NCBI RefSeq assembly: GCF_001194135.2
Contig: NC_069005.1
Coordinates: forward strand, 12,018,857-12,061,069
Direction of reading: 5' to 3'
DNA length: 42,213 nucleotides
Source: Octopus bimaculoides
Taxonomy: Eukaryota
The position numbers and the translations under genes were made by a program. A model generated the notes under the pieces. It searched no databases, had not been told where the DNA came from, and worked only from the letters and a program-made list of their open reading frames with translations. Positions 1 through 11,487 of the stretch are shown here, piece after piece. The number at the start of each line of letters is the position of its first letter. The stretch's first letter is position 1.

Positions 1-12
1 ATATATATATAC

Positions 13-44
<32 letters not shown>

Positions 45-136
45 TTACATACATATATATATATACATACATACATACATATATATACATACATACATAT
101 ATATATATACATACATACATACATACATACATACAT
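1..136. repeat. Compound (TA)n/(TACA)n microsatellite
   Basis: Directly visible atatat/acatacat units. Confidence 0.95.
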
Positions 137-239
137 AAAAGAGTACTTATTCACATTTGTAATCAAATGTGACTGCTTGCGTGATATTCGTGTATAGGTT
201 TATATCTATCTATCTAACTATCTCCCTCTCTCACTGTCT

Positions 240-392
240 CCACGAAGCTGAGGATATCTGAACAGGTGCACTGTGTACAATATGTCAGGTGTCGAAGTGA
301 TTGCAGGGAAGTTGTTTTTCTCCTCAAAGCATTGACCGCCTGGCATGTGAACTGAACCCACGATCTCTCGATCGTGACTGCAACATCCTAAC
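240..392 (-). mobile_element. Degraded tRNA-derived SINE head (resembles the type-3 head at 41215)
   Basis: Minus strand reads GGTTAGGATGTTGCAGTCACGATCGAGAGATCGTGGGTTCAGTTC (partial A-box, B-box-like GGTTCAGTTC), resembling the heads at 31068-31220 and 34080-34400. Confidence 0.5.
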
Positions 393-1299
393 CTTTTGGA
401 CAATATACACGCATATCGATATATTGACCGGCACACGGATGACCATAAATGCTAACAAACAGCTCTACTTTCAAAATTCAGCTGTATATTTGTACACACG
501 TATCTGGAAGACTTCTTAATAGAAATTTAACTAGATACATATATTGATATTTTTGTAAATAGTTAAAGCAGTAAGAGAGAGACATTGAAGCAACATTTAG
601 TACTCACAAATTCATACACACAGTCATACACACACGTAAACAGTCACACACACGCACAGGAACGTACGCACGCACACATACACACGCATAGAGAGAGACA
701 CACAGACACACTCATACAGAAACTCACGCTCCCCCACAGGTATATCATACATAATGACAGTGAGATTAAGAAAGAATTGTGAAAATGATAGAGACATATG
801 GATGAAATAATGTACTTGTTACTCTCATCGATTACTTTCCTGTTACGTATTTAGTTTGAAACATTACTTTAGATATTGTTCGCTATCCATTCTTTTCTTG
901 CGACGTATATATTTTATGTTTCATGCTTTTTATTGTCTCTTCTATGTTTCGTTGTTCGTTGCTACGATATAATGATGACCAACTATTTGTATTGTGTCTT
1001 AATACAATCGATATAATCTTCGTTTTTTTTAATATTGGATGAATCGTAACAGCTAACTTCGTATTGAGTGGGTAACTGAATAACTTTATGTTAGATATGA
1101 CGGTTTTTACTTTTGAATTTACGCATTTGATGTGTGTATTTCGACGTACGATTCGTGAAAATTCAGAGTTTAAATAATTAGTTTGATAGTTAATTGAAAT
1201 GAATTTTACAAAACACTTTGCTATATTTTGGCTGATGACTATGAAAGAGGTGAATTGTTCTTAAATGTTAACCGAGTTGTTTTATAGATAAAGTAAATG

Positions 1300-2150
1300 T
1301 TCAGTGATCAGCTTAATTGTATCAATGTTCAGGAAAGGTGATCCAGATAAACTGAACTTCTCAACATAAACTCACAACAGATCTCAAAATGAAGTCATTT
1401 TGGAGATCAACTAAAGTGTTTTCATACAAACATGAATTCTATTTGTCTCAAATATGAACGAAAGTTAATTCATATCAACCGCATTATTTCATAGATTTCC
1501 TCATTTCTTTTCATGGGCAACTGAAGTATTTCCCATTCATGAATAAGTTTTTAAAGAAAGCTTGAAATAGTTTCAGAGATCAGTGCATTCGTTTCAGATC
1601 AGCAAACGTTCGTCTCATACCAAATGAAAGAAAATAGTTTCAGTATCTAACTGAATATTTTTCACTGAAATGAAGCTCAACTAAAATTGCTTCAAAGATC
1701 AAATGTCGTGTTTTCAGAGATGAATTTCAGTTGCTTCTGATCAACTAACAATGTGTTCGGTATGTTGAATATATTTTCATTGCGCAACTAAAATCAAACA
1801 GATATCAATTGAAGTTATTTCAAAGATCAACTGAACACATTTCACATCTTTTGAAATAGCTTCAGAGATTTGGATTAAATATTATCAGAATCACATGAAA
1901 AGAATTTGTTATAGTAGTTTTGTTTCCATGGCAGTTGGTTAAAAGAACGTGTGAAGTTCTCTTGAAAACTGAACGAAAGATAGTTCAAGATTTAAGTCCT
2001 TAAGTGATGCTTCTTCTAAGATAAATTCAGAGAACAACCAAACTGTTTCATAATAAGTTTAACTGAAACAATTTTTCTGTAACTGTGGTGGTTTGAGAGA
2101 TCAAATGAAGTTGCTTTAGCGATGTCTCTGAATCGTTTCAGATCAGCTAC
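1300..2150 (+). repeat. Old degenerate minisatellite, ~22-nt unit (approx. consensus ATCAACTGAAGTTGCTTCAGAG)
   Basis: Adjacent 22-nt units such as ctcaactaaaattgcttcaaag/atcaaatgtcgtgttttcagag (~1677-1720), atcaattgaagttatttcaaag/atcaactgaa (~1804-1835), atcaaatgaagttgctttagcg (~2100); repeated gatcaa/ttcagag motifs throughout. Confidence 0.7.
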
Positions 2151-2169
2151 GTCTAAAATGGTTTCTTGC

Positions 2170-2415
2170 TTGCTATTTTATCTCCAGGAGGGAAGGCTGT
2201 ATCTATAACTCTTGATAGGGCTTCGAGAGGTCGTCACACCGGTGACCTGCTCCCAAATGCTTGCACAGAATCGATCCCGCGAAAAGCACCAAACATGCTA
2301 GGGAGTGCTAGGGAGTGCTGGATTCAGTGCGCCACTAAGATCAGCAAAAGTAGTAAAATAGCTTGCTTGATATCAACAGGAATTTACTCAGATTAAAAGA
2401 AAGCTATTTCAACGA
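2170..2415 (+). repeat. Probable dispersed-repeat fragment (possibly LINE 3' region) containing a 10-bp tandem duplication
   Basis: GC-richer island; TGCTAGGGAG duplicated at 2296-2315. The dispersed-repeat call is from recollection of cephalopod repeats; no second copy in this window. Confidence 0.35.
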
Positions 2416-2660
2416 TCAACTTACGTAATTCACGTCGAGGGTTTTTTGAGCAACATGAAGGTCGCTTCACAACAATAAAATTATAAAAGAATATTTTTTG
2501 TAAAAACATCTTTCTTATTTTATTGTTATTTACCGTTGTGTCTTTCCTAATGGGATATAACAATAATATGAAAGAGTTTTTAAAAAAATAGGCGTTCATA
2601 ATTTTATTGTTGTGAAGTAACTATCATTTTCCTTAGAAAACTCTCAACAAGCAGTATTTC

Positions 2661-2695
2661 AGTGGATTTGGTAGACGGAAACTAAAAGAAGCCCG

Positions 2696-2742
<47 letters not shown>

Positions 2743-2954
2743 GCTGTATATTTGTGTGTGTGTACGTCTGTGTTTGGCTTCTACCATCGCTTGACAACCG
2801 AAGTTGGTGTGTTTACGTTCCTGTAACTTAAAGTTTTGGCAAGAGATACAGATAGAATAAGTACTAGGTTTACAAAGAATAAGTTTTGGGGTCAATTGCG
2901 TCGACCAAAGGCGATGTTCCAGCATGAATGAAACGAGTAAAAGATTAAAAGAAT
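2661..2954 (+). mobile_element. SINE type 1, 5'-truncated, with internal (TA)/(TG) microsatellite
   Basis: AGTGGATTTGGTAGACGGAAAC-(TA)n-...CGCTTGACAACCG...GATAGAATAAGTACTAGG...CCAGCATG...AAAAGA tail; homologous to copies at 3095, 6127, 9655, 19370, 21140 and 41545. Confidence 0.85.
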
Positions 2955-3094
2955 GGTACAGACACGCCGTTCGTATGAAAGACTGTAGGTGATGTGGAGT
3001 TAACATATGTAATGTATGAAATAATAAAAAGGCAACCAGATATAATTATGTAGGTAGGACAATAAAATCGTTTTCAACAAACATCTTTCACCAT

Positions 3095-3522
3095 TTATCT
3101 TGTTTCAGTCTTTGGACTGCGACCAGACCTTCAAGGGTTGAATTAAACAAATCAACCCCAATACTTATTTAACTTTTTTTAAGTTAGGTACTTATTCAAA
3201 CTGTCACTTTCATCGAATCGCTAGGATACAGGTCGTAACCAAACCAACAACGGTTGTCAAGCAGTGTAGGTAACACACACAAACGCGAGCACGCACACAC
3301 ACACGCGCACACACACACACACACACATGGACAGGGACACTCGCACCCGCACACTCACACATATACACATATATACACGATAAGCTTCCATACAGTTTCC
3401 AAAAAGCAGCGATTGACCCGGAGCTTTAGCAGAAGAAGGACACTTCCCCAAGGTGCCGCACAGTGAAACTGAACCCGAAAACACGTGGTTGCGAAGTGCA
3501 ACCACACAATCATGACTGCTCC
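3095..3522 (-). mobile_element. SINE type 1, near full length, internal (CA)n
   Basis: Tail TTGTTTCAGTC at 3100, body CGGTTGTCAAGC at ~3251, head CCCCAAGGTGCCGCACAGTGAAACTGAACCCG (B-box GGGTTCAGT on minus strand) at ~3446-3477. Confidence 0.85.
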
Positions 3523-4633
3523 TATGATAAATTACAATTACATTTTCCATTTGCAAATGGAGTATCACTACACTTCGTCTGCGAAGCTATGTTTACGGTA
3601 CTTATCAAAATAAACGTGTGCGAAATTAAATAATGAAAATTCTTGACAAAGAAATAAGGAATAATTATTTTTGATTAATAAAAGCAAGGGGCCCTATGTA
3701 TTTTCTTACAAAGCCAGTTGGTTTCGGTGTGAGAGATCGGGTCTGATACCCTTCATTAACTGTATAAAAACGCCATCAGGTGCATTCTACGTATAGTTCA
3801 AAAGACGATTTGTCACACAGCGTGTAAATATGTCTTTCAAATGGTCAAAACCTAAAACGGTAATTCAAGAGCAAGTTTCTCACTTCATCACACGACGTTA
3901 CGATTCATATATATATANNNNNNNNNNNNNNNNNNNNNNNNNNNNNNNNNNNNNNNNNNNNNNNNNNNNNNNNNNNNNNNNNNNNNNNNNNNNNNNNNNN
4001 NNNNNNNNNNNNNNNNNNNNNNNNNNNNNNNNNNNNNNNNNNNNNNNNNNNNNNNNNNNNNNNNNNNNNNNNNNNNNNNNNNNNNNNNNNNNNNNNNNNN
4101 NNNNNNNNNNNNNNNNNNNNNNNNNNNNNNNNNNNNNNNNNNNNNNNNNNNNNNNNNNNNNNNNNNNNNNNNNNNNNNNNNNNNNNNNNNNNNNNNNNNN
4201 NNNNNNNNNNNNNNNNNNNNNNNNNNNNNNNNNNNNNNNNNNNNNNNNNNNNNNNNNNNNNNNNNNNNNNNNNNNNNNNNNNNNNNNNNNNNNNNNNNNN
4301 NNNNNNNNNNNNNNNNNNNNNNNNNNNNNNNNNNNNNNNNNNNNNNNNNNNNNNNNNNNNNNNNNNNNNNNNNNNNNNNNNNNNNNNNNNNNNNNNNNNN
4401 NNNNNNNNNNNNNNNNNNNNNNNNNNNNNNNNNNNNNNNNNNNNNNNNNNNNNNNNNNNNNNNNNNNNNNNNNNNNNNNNNNNNNNNNNNNNNNNNNNNN
4501 NNNNNNNNNNNNNNNNNNNNNNNNNNNNNNNNNNNNNNNNNNNNNNNNNNNNNNNNNNNNNNNNNNNNNNNNNNNNNNNNNNNNNNNNNNNNNNNNNNNN
4601 NNNNNNNNNNNNNNNNNNNNNNNNNNNNNNNNN

Positions 4634-4708
<75 letters not shown>

Positions 4709-4794
4709 GACAAGCATTGCACCGTTGCCATCTACCAGCTGCTACTCATGACAGTAGAGTATGGCAAACCATACATGTGCATATTGATTTGCAT

Positions 4795-4855
4795 TGCAAT
4801 CGAACCCGAAACAATGTGGCTTTGAAGCCTACATTTTAGCCATAGTGTATGAGCC
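4795..4855 (-). mobile_element. SINE type 1 head fragment
   Basis: AATCGAACCCGAAACAATGTGG matches the type-1 B-box region (cf. 6463-6482). Confidence 0.5.
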
Positions 4856-5829
4856 TACGCTTATATAACCATAGAGATTAAGTTTCGGCTTATTCTACTC
4901 GGTCACATCATTGTATCTGATAAAGAGGAAAGGAAATATGCAAATACATTTAAAAACATTGCGTGTAGCTTATGTAACTCGACACTCTCATTCACTCACT
5001 TGCTGAAATTGGTTGTATGGTAATAAAATAAAAAAAATTGCCAAGTCTCCTCGAAGGAATATTTTAAGATAAAGGTGTGAATGTGTGAAAATGTTGTAAA
5101 GAATCCTTGTTTTGGCGACGTTAAACTGTTTTTGAATAATAACTCACTGTGAAACACAAATAGAAATAAGATACATAATCTATAATATTTTTTTCTCTTC
5201 ACATCTAATAAAAATATAAATTATTTTTATTGTATAAATAATTGTAAATGATTATTGAATCACAACTGAAGGGCGTATCTTTACTTGAAATGTTGTTTTT
5301 GTTGCTAGTTGTCACCAAGTCTGATCGATCAGATCTTTGGTTAAGGGCATCTTAGCCTCGATCCTTTCGTCTTTTAGTGACAGTCTACGACTACCGTAAT
5401 GTGTTATTCTCATTTTCTGGCGGTGATCTTATGTGAGGGGTTTTTATTTGGCCGTCCTATTAGATCTCACAACCGCATAGAGTACTTGGACAGTATTCCC
5501 CTATCTAGTTTTATTGCCTAATGAGAAAAAAAAACAACAACAACTAGCAAATGATGAGACAGTGTTGGAGCCTTTCAGTAAATCTTACGAACAGGAGTCA
5601 AACGCCTCTTAACTTTAAGAAGATTAAGGGCATTTCTGACAGTCTTTAATTGATATACAAAATGATGGCGTGATTAAGAATGCAACGCCTTTGATCGTAA
5701 GTTTATCGAATACTTTAGACGTGGAAGTAAACAACAACAACAATAACAGTAACATTAAGGGCACTTAAGTTAAAAGAAATATAATCTGCAGACACCTTGC
5801 ATCATCCTTTGTTAAAAATCAATGGTTAT

Positions 5830-6115
5830 CATCAGCTATCAACCAGTTGCCCATTCTATGTCTAGGCTCGGCGTGCTAGGACTCTCCAGATCCCCTTGTG
5901 TTGAGATGAAAGCTCTTCTTTCCTGTCCAATCTGTGGTGTCGTCAGTCTGCAAACGCTATAGAGGGCCTCTGGCTCTCTTTCTCTCTGCAGTGATGTGCG
6001 GCACATATGCCCAAAATATGATGAGTCTGAATAATCTCTCGATAATTGTAGTCTAGGAGTTTCACTTTTCCAGAACAGCAGCGTTTGTTACTCTGTCTTT
6101 CCAGTTAATATTTTA
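5830..6115 (-). mobile_element. Degraded RTE-like LINE, RT C-terminal region
   Basis: Minus-strand peptides NINWKDRVTNAAVLEK* (6112-6062), YFGHMCR (from 6018) and ERKRARGP*..DDTTDWTG match the W.DRVTN.EVL / YFGH..R / GKR.RGRP..RW.D.I..W motif series of RTE/L2-type LINE ORF2 C-termini; stops and frameshifts present. Confidence 0.75.
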
Positions 6116-6126
6116 TGTTTTATCAT

Positions 6127-6522
6127 TTACTTGTTACAGTCATTAGACTGCATCCATGCTGGGGCACCACCTTCATGAATTTTAGTCGAACGTACCGATC
6201 CCATTACCTATTGTATATTGTAAATCCCGGTGCTTATTTTATCAGTCACTTTTGCCGGACTGTTAAGTTACGGAAACATAAACACAGCAATACTGGTCAA
6301 TCTTTAGTGCAGTACAAACACATACGCACATACATACACACATACACACAAAATACATACATACACACACATACGACCGGCTTCTTTTAGTTTCTGTCTA
6401 CTAAGGTTCTGGCCGACCCTAGGCTGTAATAGAAGACACTTGCCCAAGATGCTACGTAGGGAGATTGAACCCGAAACCATGGGGTTCAGAAGCATAATTC
6501 TTACCACACAGCGGCACCTGCC
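6127..6522 (-). mobile_element. SINE type 1, full length, internal (TACA)/(CA)n
   Basis: Minus-strand head GGCAGGTGCCGCTGTGTGGTAAG...CGGGTTCAATC...CATCTTGGGCAAGTGTCTTCTATTACAGCC; tail CATGCTGGGGCACC and TTACTTGTTACAGTC on the plus strand. Confidence 0.9.
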
Positions 6523-6579
6523 TAATGAAGGAAAGACTCACATCTAAAAGGTATCTATTTTCTTTTCAGTTGCTCTGTA

Positions 6580-6625
6580 CATCGTCCAAATTTGTACCCC
6601 ATAGAGGACATTTGGCATAAGATAA
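6580..6625 (+). mobile_element. Possible Tc1/mariner transposase relic
   Basis: Peptide PNLYPIEDIW (6586-6615) resembles the SPDLNPIENIW motif of DD34E transposases; nothing else recognisable, no TIRs. Confidence 0.25.
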
Positions 6626-6853
6626 CAGTTTAATAGTCTCAACGCTAAGTGCAGTGTTCTGCCCTATGAGATGAAGATCTTTTCTCTTCTTATAACTGTT
6701 GCTTTTGCTTGATCATTTCTTTGAGTAACTTCTTTTATACTATGTCTTTCCTGATCATTTTCCTATGGTTATATCCAATATACTATTCAAGAGTTATTTT
6801 GAAGTGAATTGAAGAGATATATCAGGTCTTCTTGCAGCACACCCGATTCCACA

Positions 6854-6854
<1 letters not shown>

Positions 6855-6884
<30 letters not shown>

Positions 6885-6902
6885 TGTATGTATGTATGTA
6901 TA
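6855..6902. repeat. (TATG)n microsatellite
   Basis: Perfect tetranucleotide run. Confidence 0.95.
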
Positions 6903-7314
6903 TTCACCAGGCCATCAGACTGTAAGAAATGCCAAAATACATTAGCAAGATACTATTACAGTCATTATAAATGAAATACATTTGAAACGATACAGGTTGA
7001 CTGCTAGCTGGGAGAAACATTTCTTCGGTGATATAAAAACATTTGTTTACTCATGTTTACATTTCGCAGCAAAGAGAGAACTGTAATTATGTATGTGCAC
7101 AAAATTTCAGATACTCTCTTTTGATGAAATGATCGTTAGGGTGTTGAACCCATGATTGCAAGGTCGTTATGTTCTGGATAAAACTAAAACAGAAAAAAAA
7201 GCAATACGTCCATTCCGTTATTCTAGTTCATTCAACTGGAAACGAATACCGCAAAACGTAATATGTAATTTTAGAGAATTATCTCAAATACGAGTTAACA
7301 AACGTCATTTTTAC

Positions 7315-7389
7315 CTCTGTGGTACTATTCATATCAAGTCCTGTTTGATATAAAAAGCGACTAGTTGCTTCAATCCTTTTGAAGTGAGA
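7315..7389 (-). CDS. Speculative internal coding exon (phase 0-0): SHFKRIEATSRFLYQTGLDMNSTTE
   Basis: Acceptor tttcttgaatgttttag, donor GAG|gtaaaa, 75 nt open frame; no homology recognised. Confidence 0.2.
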
Positions 7390-8406
7390 CTAAAACATTC
7401 AAGAAATGTATTCTTTAGAGTTTTTCTCTGTATGAGTTAAATAGATGTCACAATATTTTTCTCTCAGTGGCTAATACAAGCAATGAATAGCAATGAACGA
7501 TCAAACGTCTCTTCTTGCATGAGGTTCGCTAAACATTGAATTGGTCACCACTAATTTATAGACTAATTATGCAGATTTACATAAGTTTCTACAACACCAG
7601 ACACCAGAATAAAATGTTAACAGGTACAAAGAGCAGAAGTAATGAAATCAATTTCACATCGGGTGAAAGTACATTTTTTTTTATAAAGAAGTGTTTCAAT
7701 TCAGCGTAATTTAAACAGAACTAGCTAAGTTTCTTCAGAAAACAGACATAAGAATAATAACTTCAGAGACATAACATGCAAAATATTACAAGTAATTTCT
7801 TATAAACTTATATAGTTAAAGAAGAAAGAACGAATTTTAAGGGAAAATGTAACCAACAATTATGCAGATGTCGGGAATAAAATGTGGTAAACTCCTGAAT
7901 GTGTTTATGTAAATAGTGCCGCATTTCCGATAAAATTAATAAAACTCTATCAAAAGAACCACGCATCGTTAAAAATTGTAAAGAGCCATGACAGACAATA
8001 ACCATTGAAACGGACATATCTACCATTATATTCATTCTATGCAATGAAACTACGATATAATTATGAATTGTTTTATATACCGTAAAGTCTCTCATGAAAA
8101 ACTATAAAAATATCTCACCTGGTCAAAGCTGTAATTATACAACAGCAAGAGATTGTTAACATTTAGTCAAAAGTTATAGTAACTCGGCTACAACGGACCT
8201 TTTAAGAGGTGCTGACGCTCAATTAGTGCGATGAGTAATATTATATTTGTCACAATGGGCAATATTTACTTTTATTGATCATGGAGCAGAATTGAATAAG
8301 AACTAAATTTTCGTGCGAGCCAAATTTAATTATAATTTAGAATAAGGTCAGAAGGGGAGATGAAAGAAAGACAAAGATGATTTTTGTGCAACATTCTAAA
8401 GGTTAC

Positions 8407-8468
8407 GTCAGTTTGGTAACTCATTTGTTCATCTTTGAGCATGATGTAAACAGTGTGGTAACGAAGAC
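8407..8468 (-). CDS. Speculative internal coding exon (phase 1-0): xLRYHTVYIMLKDEQMSYQTD
   Basis: Acceptor caaattttcag, weak donor GAC|gtaacc, 62 nt open; phases compatible with the exons at 24981-25110 and 7315-7389. Confidence 0.18.
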
Positions 8469-8595
8469 CTGAAAATTTGCTAAGCTGGCTTTGTTTCTAT
8501 AACAACTTATGTAACAAGCCTCACTTTGTTTTGAAACAATTGTAGTCCGTGCTTTACCTATTCCATTCCTTAAATTTTGAATGTATGTGCGTATA

Positions 8596-8641
<46 letters not shown>

Positions 8642-8935
8642 NNNNNNNNNNNNNNNNNNNNNNNNNNNNNNNNNNNNNNNNNNNNNNNNNNNNNNNNNNN
8701 NNNNNNNNNNNNNNNNNNNNNNNNNNNNNNNNNNNNNNNNNNNNNNNNNNNNNNNNNNNNNNNNNNNNNNNNNNNNNNNNNNNNNNNNNNNNNNNNNNNN
8801 NNNNNNNNNNNNNNNNNNNNNNNNNNNNNNNNNNNNNNNNNNNNNNNNNNNNNNNNNNNNNNNNNNNNNNNNNNNNNNNNNNNNNNNNNNNNNNNNNNNN
8901 NNNNNNNNNNNNNNNNNNNNNNNNNNNNNNNNNNN

Positions 8936-8994
<59 letters not shown>

Positions 8995-9654
8995 GTGTGT
9001 GTGTATACATGTGTATGTATACGCACAATCATACATACATACATTGTCTACGTATCTATCTTTGAGCGTCTGTGTGCGCGTGCGCATTTCCATACAGATT
9101 GTTGTTAGTTTGGTACATCTATACCATTACTTTGTAAACAAAGACAAACTGAAAATTCTTGTAGACGGCTAGAACTGTTTTCATCTGATAAGAACAAATG
9201 AACCGTATCCTCTCGGTAGTATATTTTATTCAATAGAATGTTATTTGATGATATCGATTACGCTATGATAAATTATTTTATCGATCTCACTCCTACACGC
9301 ATCAGAGATATAATTAATTCAACTAAAACTGATTTTTACTGTTCTTAATTACTTTTGATCTTTTCGCTGCTGCTTGTGACGTTGTTTTTTAGTACCAATT
9401 CACCTATGCTCGAACAGACCTAAAAATCAAAGACATTCTTGCCATGACTGTTCCATCTTTTATTTCAACAACATTTGAAGACTCCAGAGTATGGCTTGGG
9501 AAGATTTGGCTGATATTTTTATTTTATATTCATTGGTAGGGCGATAAATGCTATATATATTCGAGTCTCATACATATACACGTGAGTGTGAGAATATATG
9601 TATGTGTGTGTATGAATAGGTTTGTATGTGTGCATTTATAAACATATGTATATA

Positions 9655-9768
9655 TACTCTCTTTTACTCTTTTACTTGTTTCAGTCGTTTGACTGCGGCC
9701 ATGCTGGAGCACCGCCATTAGTCGAGCAAATAGACCCCAGGATTTATTCTTTGTAAGCCTAGTACTTC
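9655..9768 (-). mobile_element. SINE type 1, 3' half, low divergence
   Basis: TACTCTCTTTTACTCTTTTACTTGTTTCAGTC...CATGCTGGAGCACCGCC...GACCCCAGG...GTAAGCCTAGTACTT; includes the (TTTTACTC) tandem tail. Confidence 0.9.
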
Positions 9769-10679
9769 CAAACTCTTCAATGGACGTTAAAGGTTTATAC
9801 ATATATGCAATATAAATATAAATATATGCATATGCGCAAAATCATGCTTGTAATAAGAAGAAACTGATAGATATAAGACAGAGACAGAACGAGAGGGAGA
9901 GTGGGAGGAAGAGGACAGAGAACGAAGAAAGAGAGAGAGAAGACAAGGAAAATAAGAGAGGAAGTGAATTAAAAGTCCTAGGAGCCAGTAAAATGTTCAG
10001 ACAATATATGAGAAAGGTGTAAGAAGAAAAACGGACAAGGCAAGGAGTAAAATGGTGGCATACTGAGAGAAAATATAGCTGTAAAGTCTTTGTTTCTATG
10101 TATGTACTCATACATACATTCATTCATTCATACACGCATACATGTATGCATATATGCATGCAAGCATACATTATCCAAACATACATACATACATACATAC
10201 ATACATTTTATATATATATANNNNNNNNNNNNNNNNNNNNNNNNNNNNNNNNNNNNNNNNNNNNNNNNNNNNNNNNNNNNNNNNNNNNNNNNNNNNNNNN
10301 NNNNNNNNNNNNNNNNNNNNNNNNNNNNNNNNNNNNNNNNNNNNNNNNNNNNNNNNNNNNNNNNNNNNNNNNNNNNNNNNNNNNNNNNNNNNNNNNNNNN
10401 NNNNNNNNNNNNNNNNNNNNNNNNNNNNNNNNNNNNNNNNNNNNNNNNNNNNNNNNNNNNNNNNNNNNNNNNNNNNNNNNNNNNNNNNNNNNNNNNNNNN
10501 NNNNNNNNNNNNNNNNNNNNNNNNNNNNNNNNNNNNNNNNNNNNNNNNNNNNNNNNNNNNNNNNNNNNNNNNNNNNNNNNNNNNNNNNNNNNNNNNNNNN
10601 NNNNNNNNNNNNNNNNNNNNNNNNNNNNNNNNNNNNNNNATATATATATATATATATACGGTTTTGCAGAAGTATATAT

Positions 10680-10870
10680 ATATGTGTGGTACCTGTAATT
10701 CAAAGGGCCAGCCTTGTCACATTCTGTGTCACCCTGAATTTCCCTGAGAACTACGTTAAGGGTACACATGTCTGCGGAGTGCTTAGCTACTTGCTTGTTA
10801 AGTTCACGAGCAAGCAGATCCGTTGATCGTATCAGCTGGGACCCTCGTCGTCGTAACCGACGGAGGGCTT
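10680..10870 (+). mobile_element. SINE type 3/4, 3' body (head probably lost in the preceding gap)
   Basis: CCTGTAATTCAAAGGGCCAGCCTTGTCAC...GTTAAGGGTACAC...GACCCTCGTCGTCGTAACCGACGGAG aligns with 41360-41535 and, reversed, with 34080-34270. Confidence 0.85.
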
Positions 10871-11415
10871 CATTTTTTATATATGCATATGCTTGTATGC
10901 ACAAATATGTGAATAACTAGGCATCTGTCTATCTGTTTCTGTCTTCATAACTTCATCGCTATCTCTCTCTCTCTCTCTCTTTTTTTTTCTCTCTCTCTTT
11001 CTCTGTTAATGTGTGTATGTATGTATACAGGACATTTTGGTGCAGTCTCGCAACGAAAAACGTAAGAAAACGTAAGATTCCCTGCCATATTTCATTCACA
11101 CACACACACACACACACAGACACACACATATGTATATTCATATGATTAGGGATAGACAGAAAAGTCTAGAATTACTGTTATATTTAAGAACTTCAATGTT
11201 ACAGCGTGGCACCGATGATATTTAGGAATAGAAAATATGAGGACGTATAAAACCCATGTGTGCACTTTATGATGCCGCATACATTATATCGATAAGTTTT
11301 CACTTGCGATATAATAAACAAGTATCTTGTTTTGTCCACTGTATATCGAAGCAGTTAAGACGCATTTTATAAGGAATTCGTTTACATTAATCAGACACGA
11401 CTGTTAGCTACTTAC

Positions 11416-11487
11416 ATACGCGAATATCTGTTCTGTTTACTTGAATTACGGTCAATGATTGATGGAATAACAACATAATTAGCCAGC
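11416..11487 (-). CDS. Speculative 72-nt symmetric exon (two open frames: LANYVVIPSIIDRNSSKQNRYSR or WLIMLLFHQSLTVIQVNRTDIRV)
   Basis: Acceptor atttcttgagttacag, consensus donor |gtaagt; no homology recognised. Confidence 0.25.

Noticed and set aside
3830-4825. Long ORFs spanning N-gaps or microsatellites (also those near 8.4-9.1, 10.1-10.9, 12.5-13.2, 19.5-20.1, 23.3-23.9, 26.1-26.6, 32.8-34.1 and 37-38.7 kb)
   Set aside because: Made of X runs and YI/HT/CV dipeptide repeats from gaps and TA/CA tracts.
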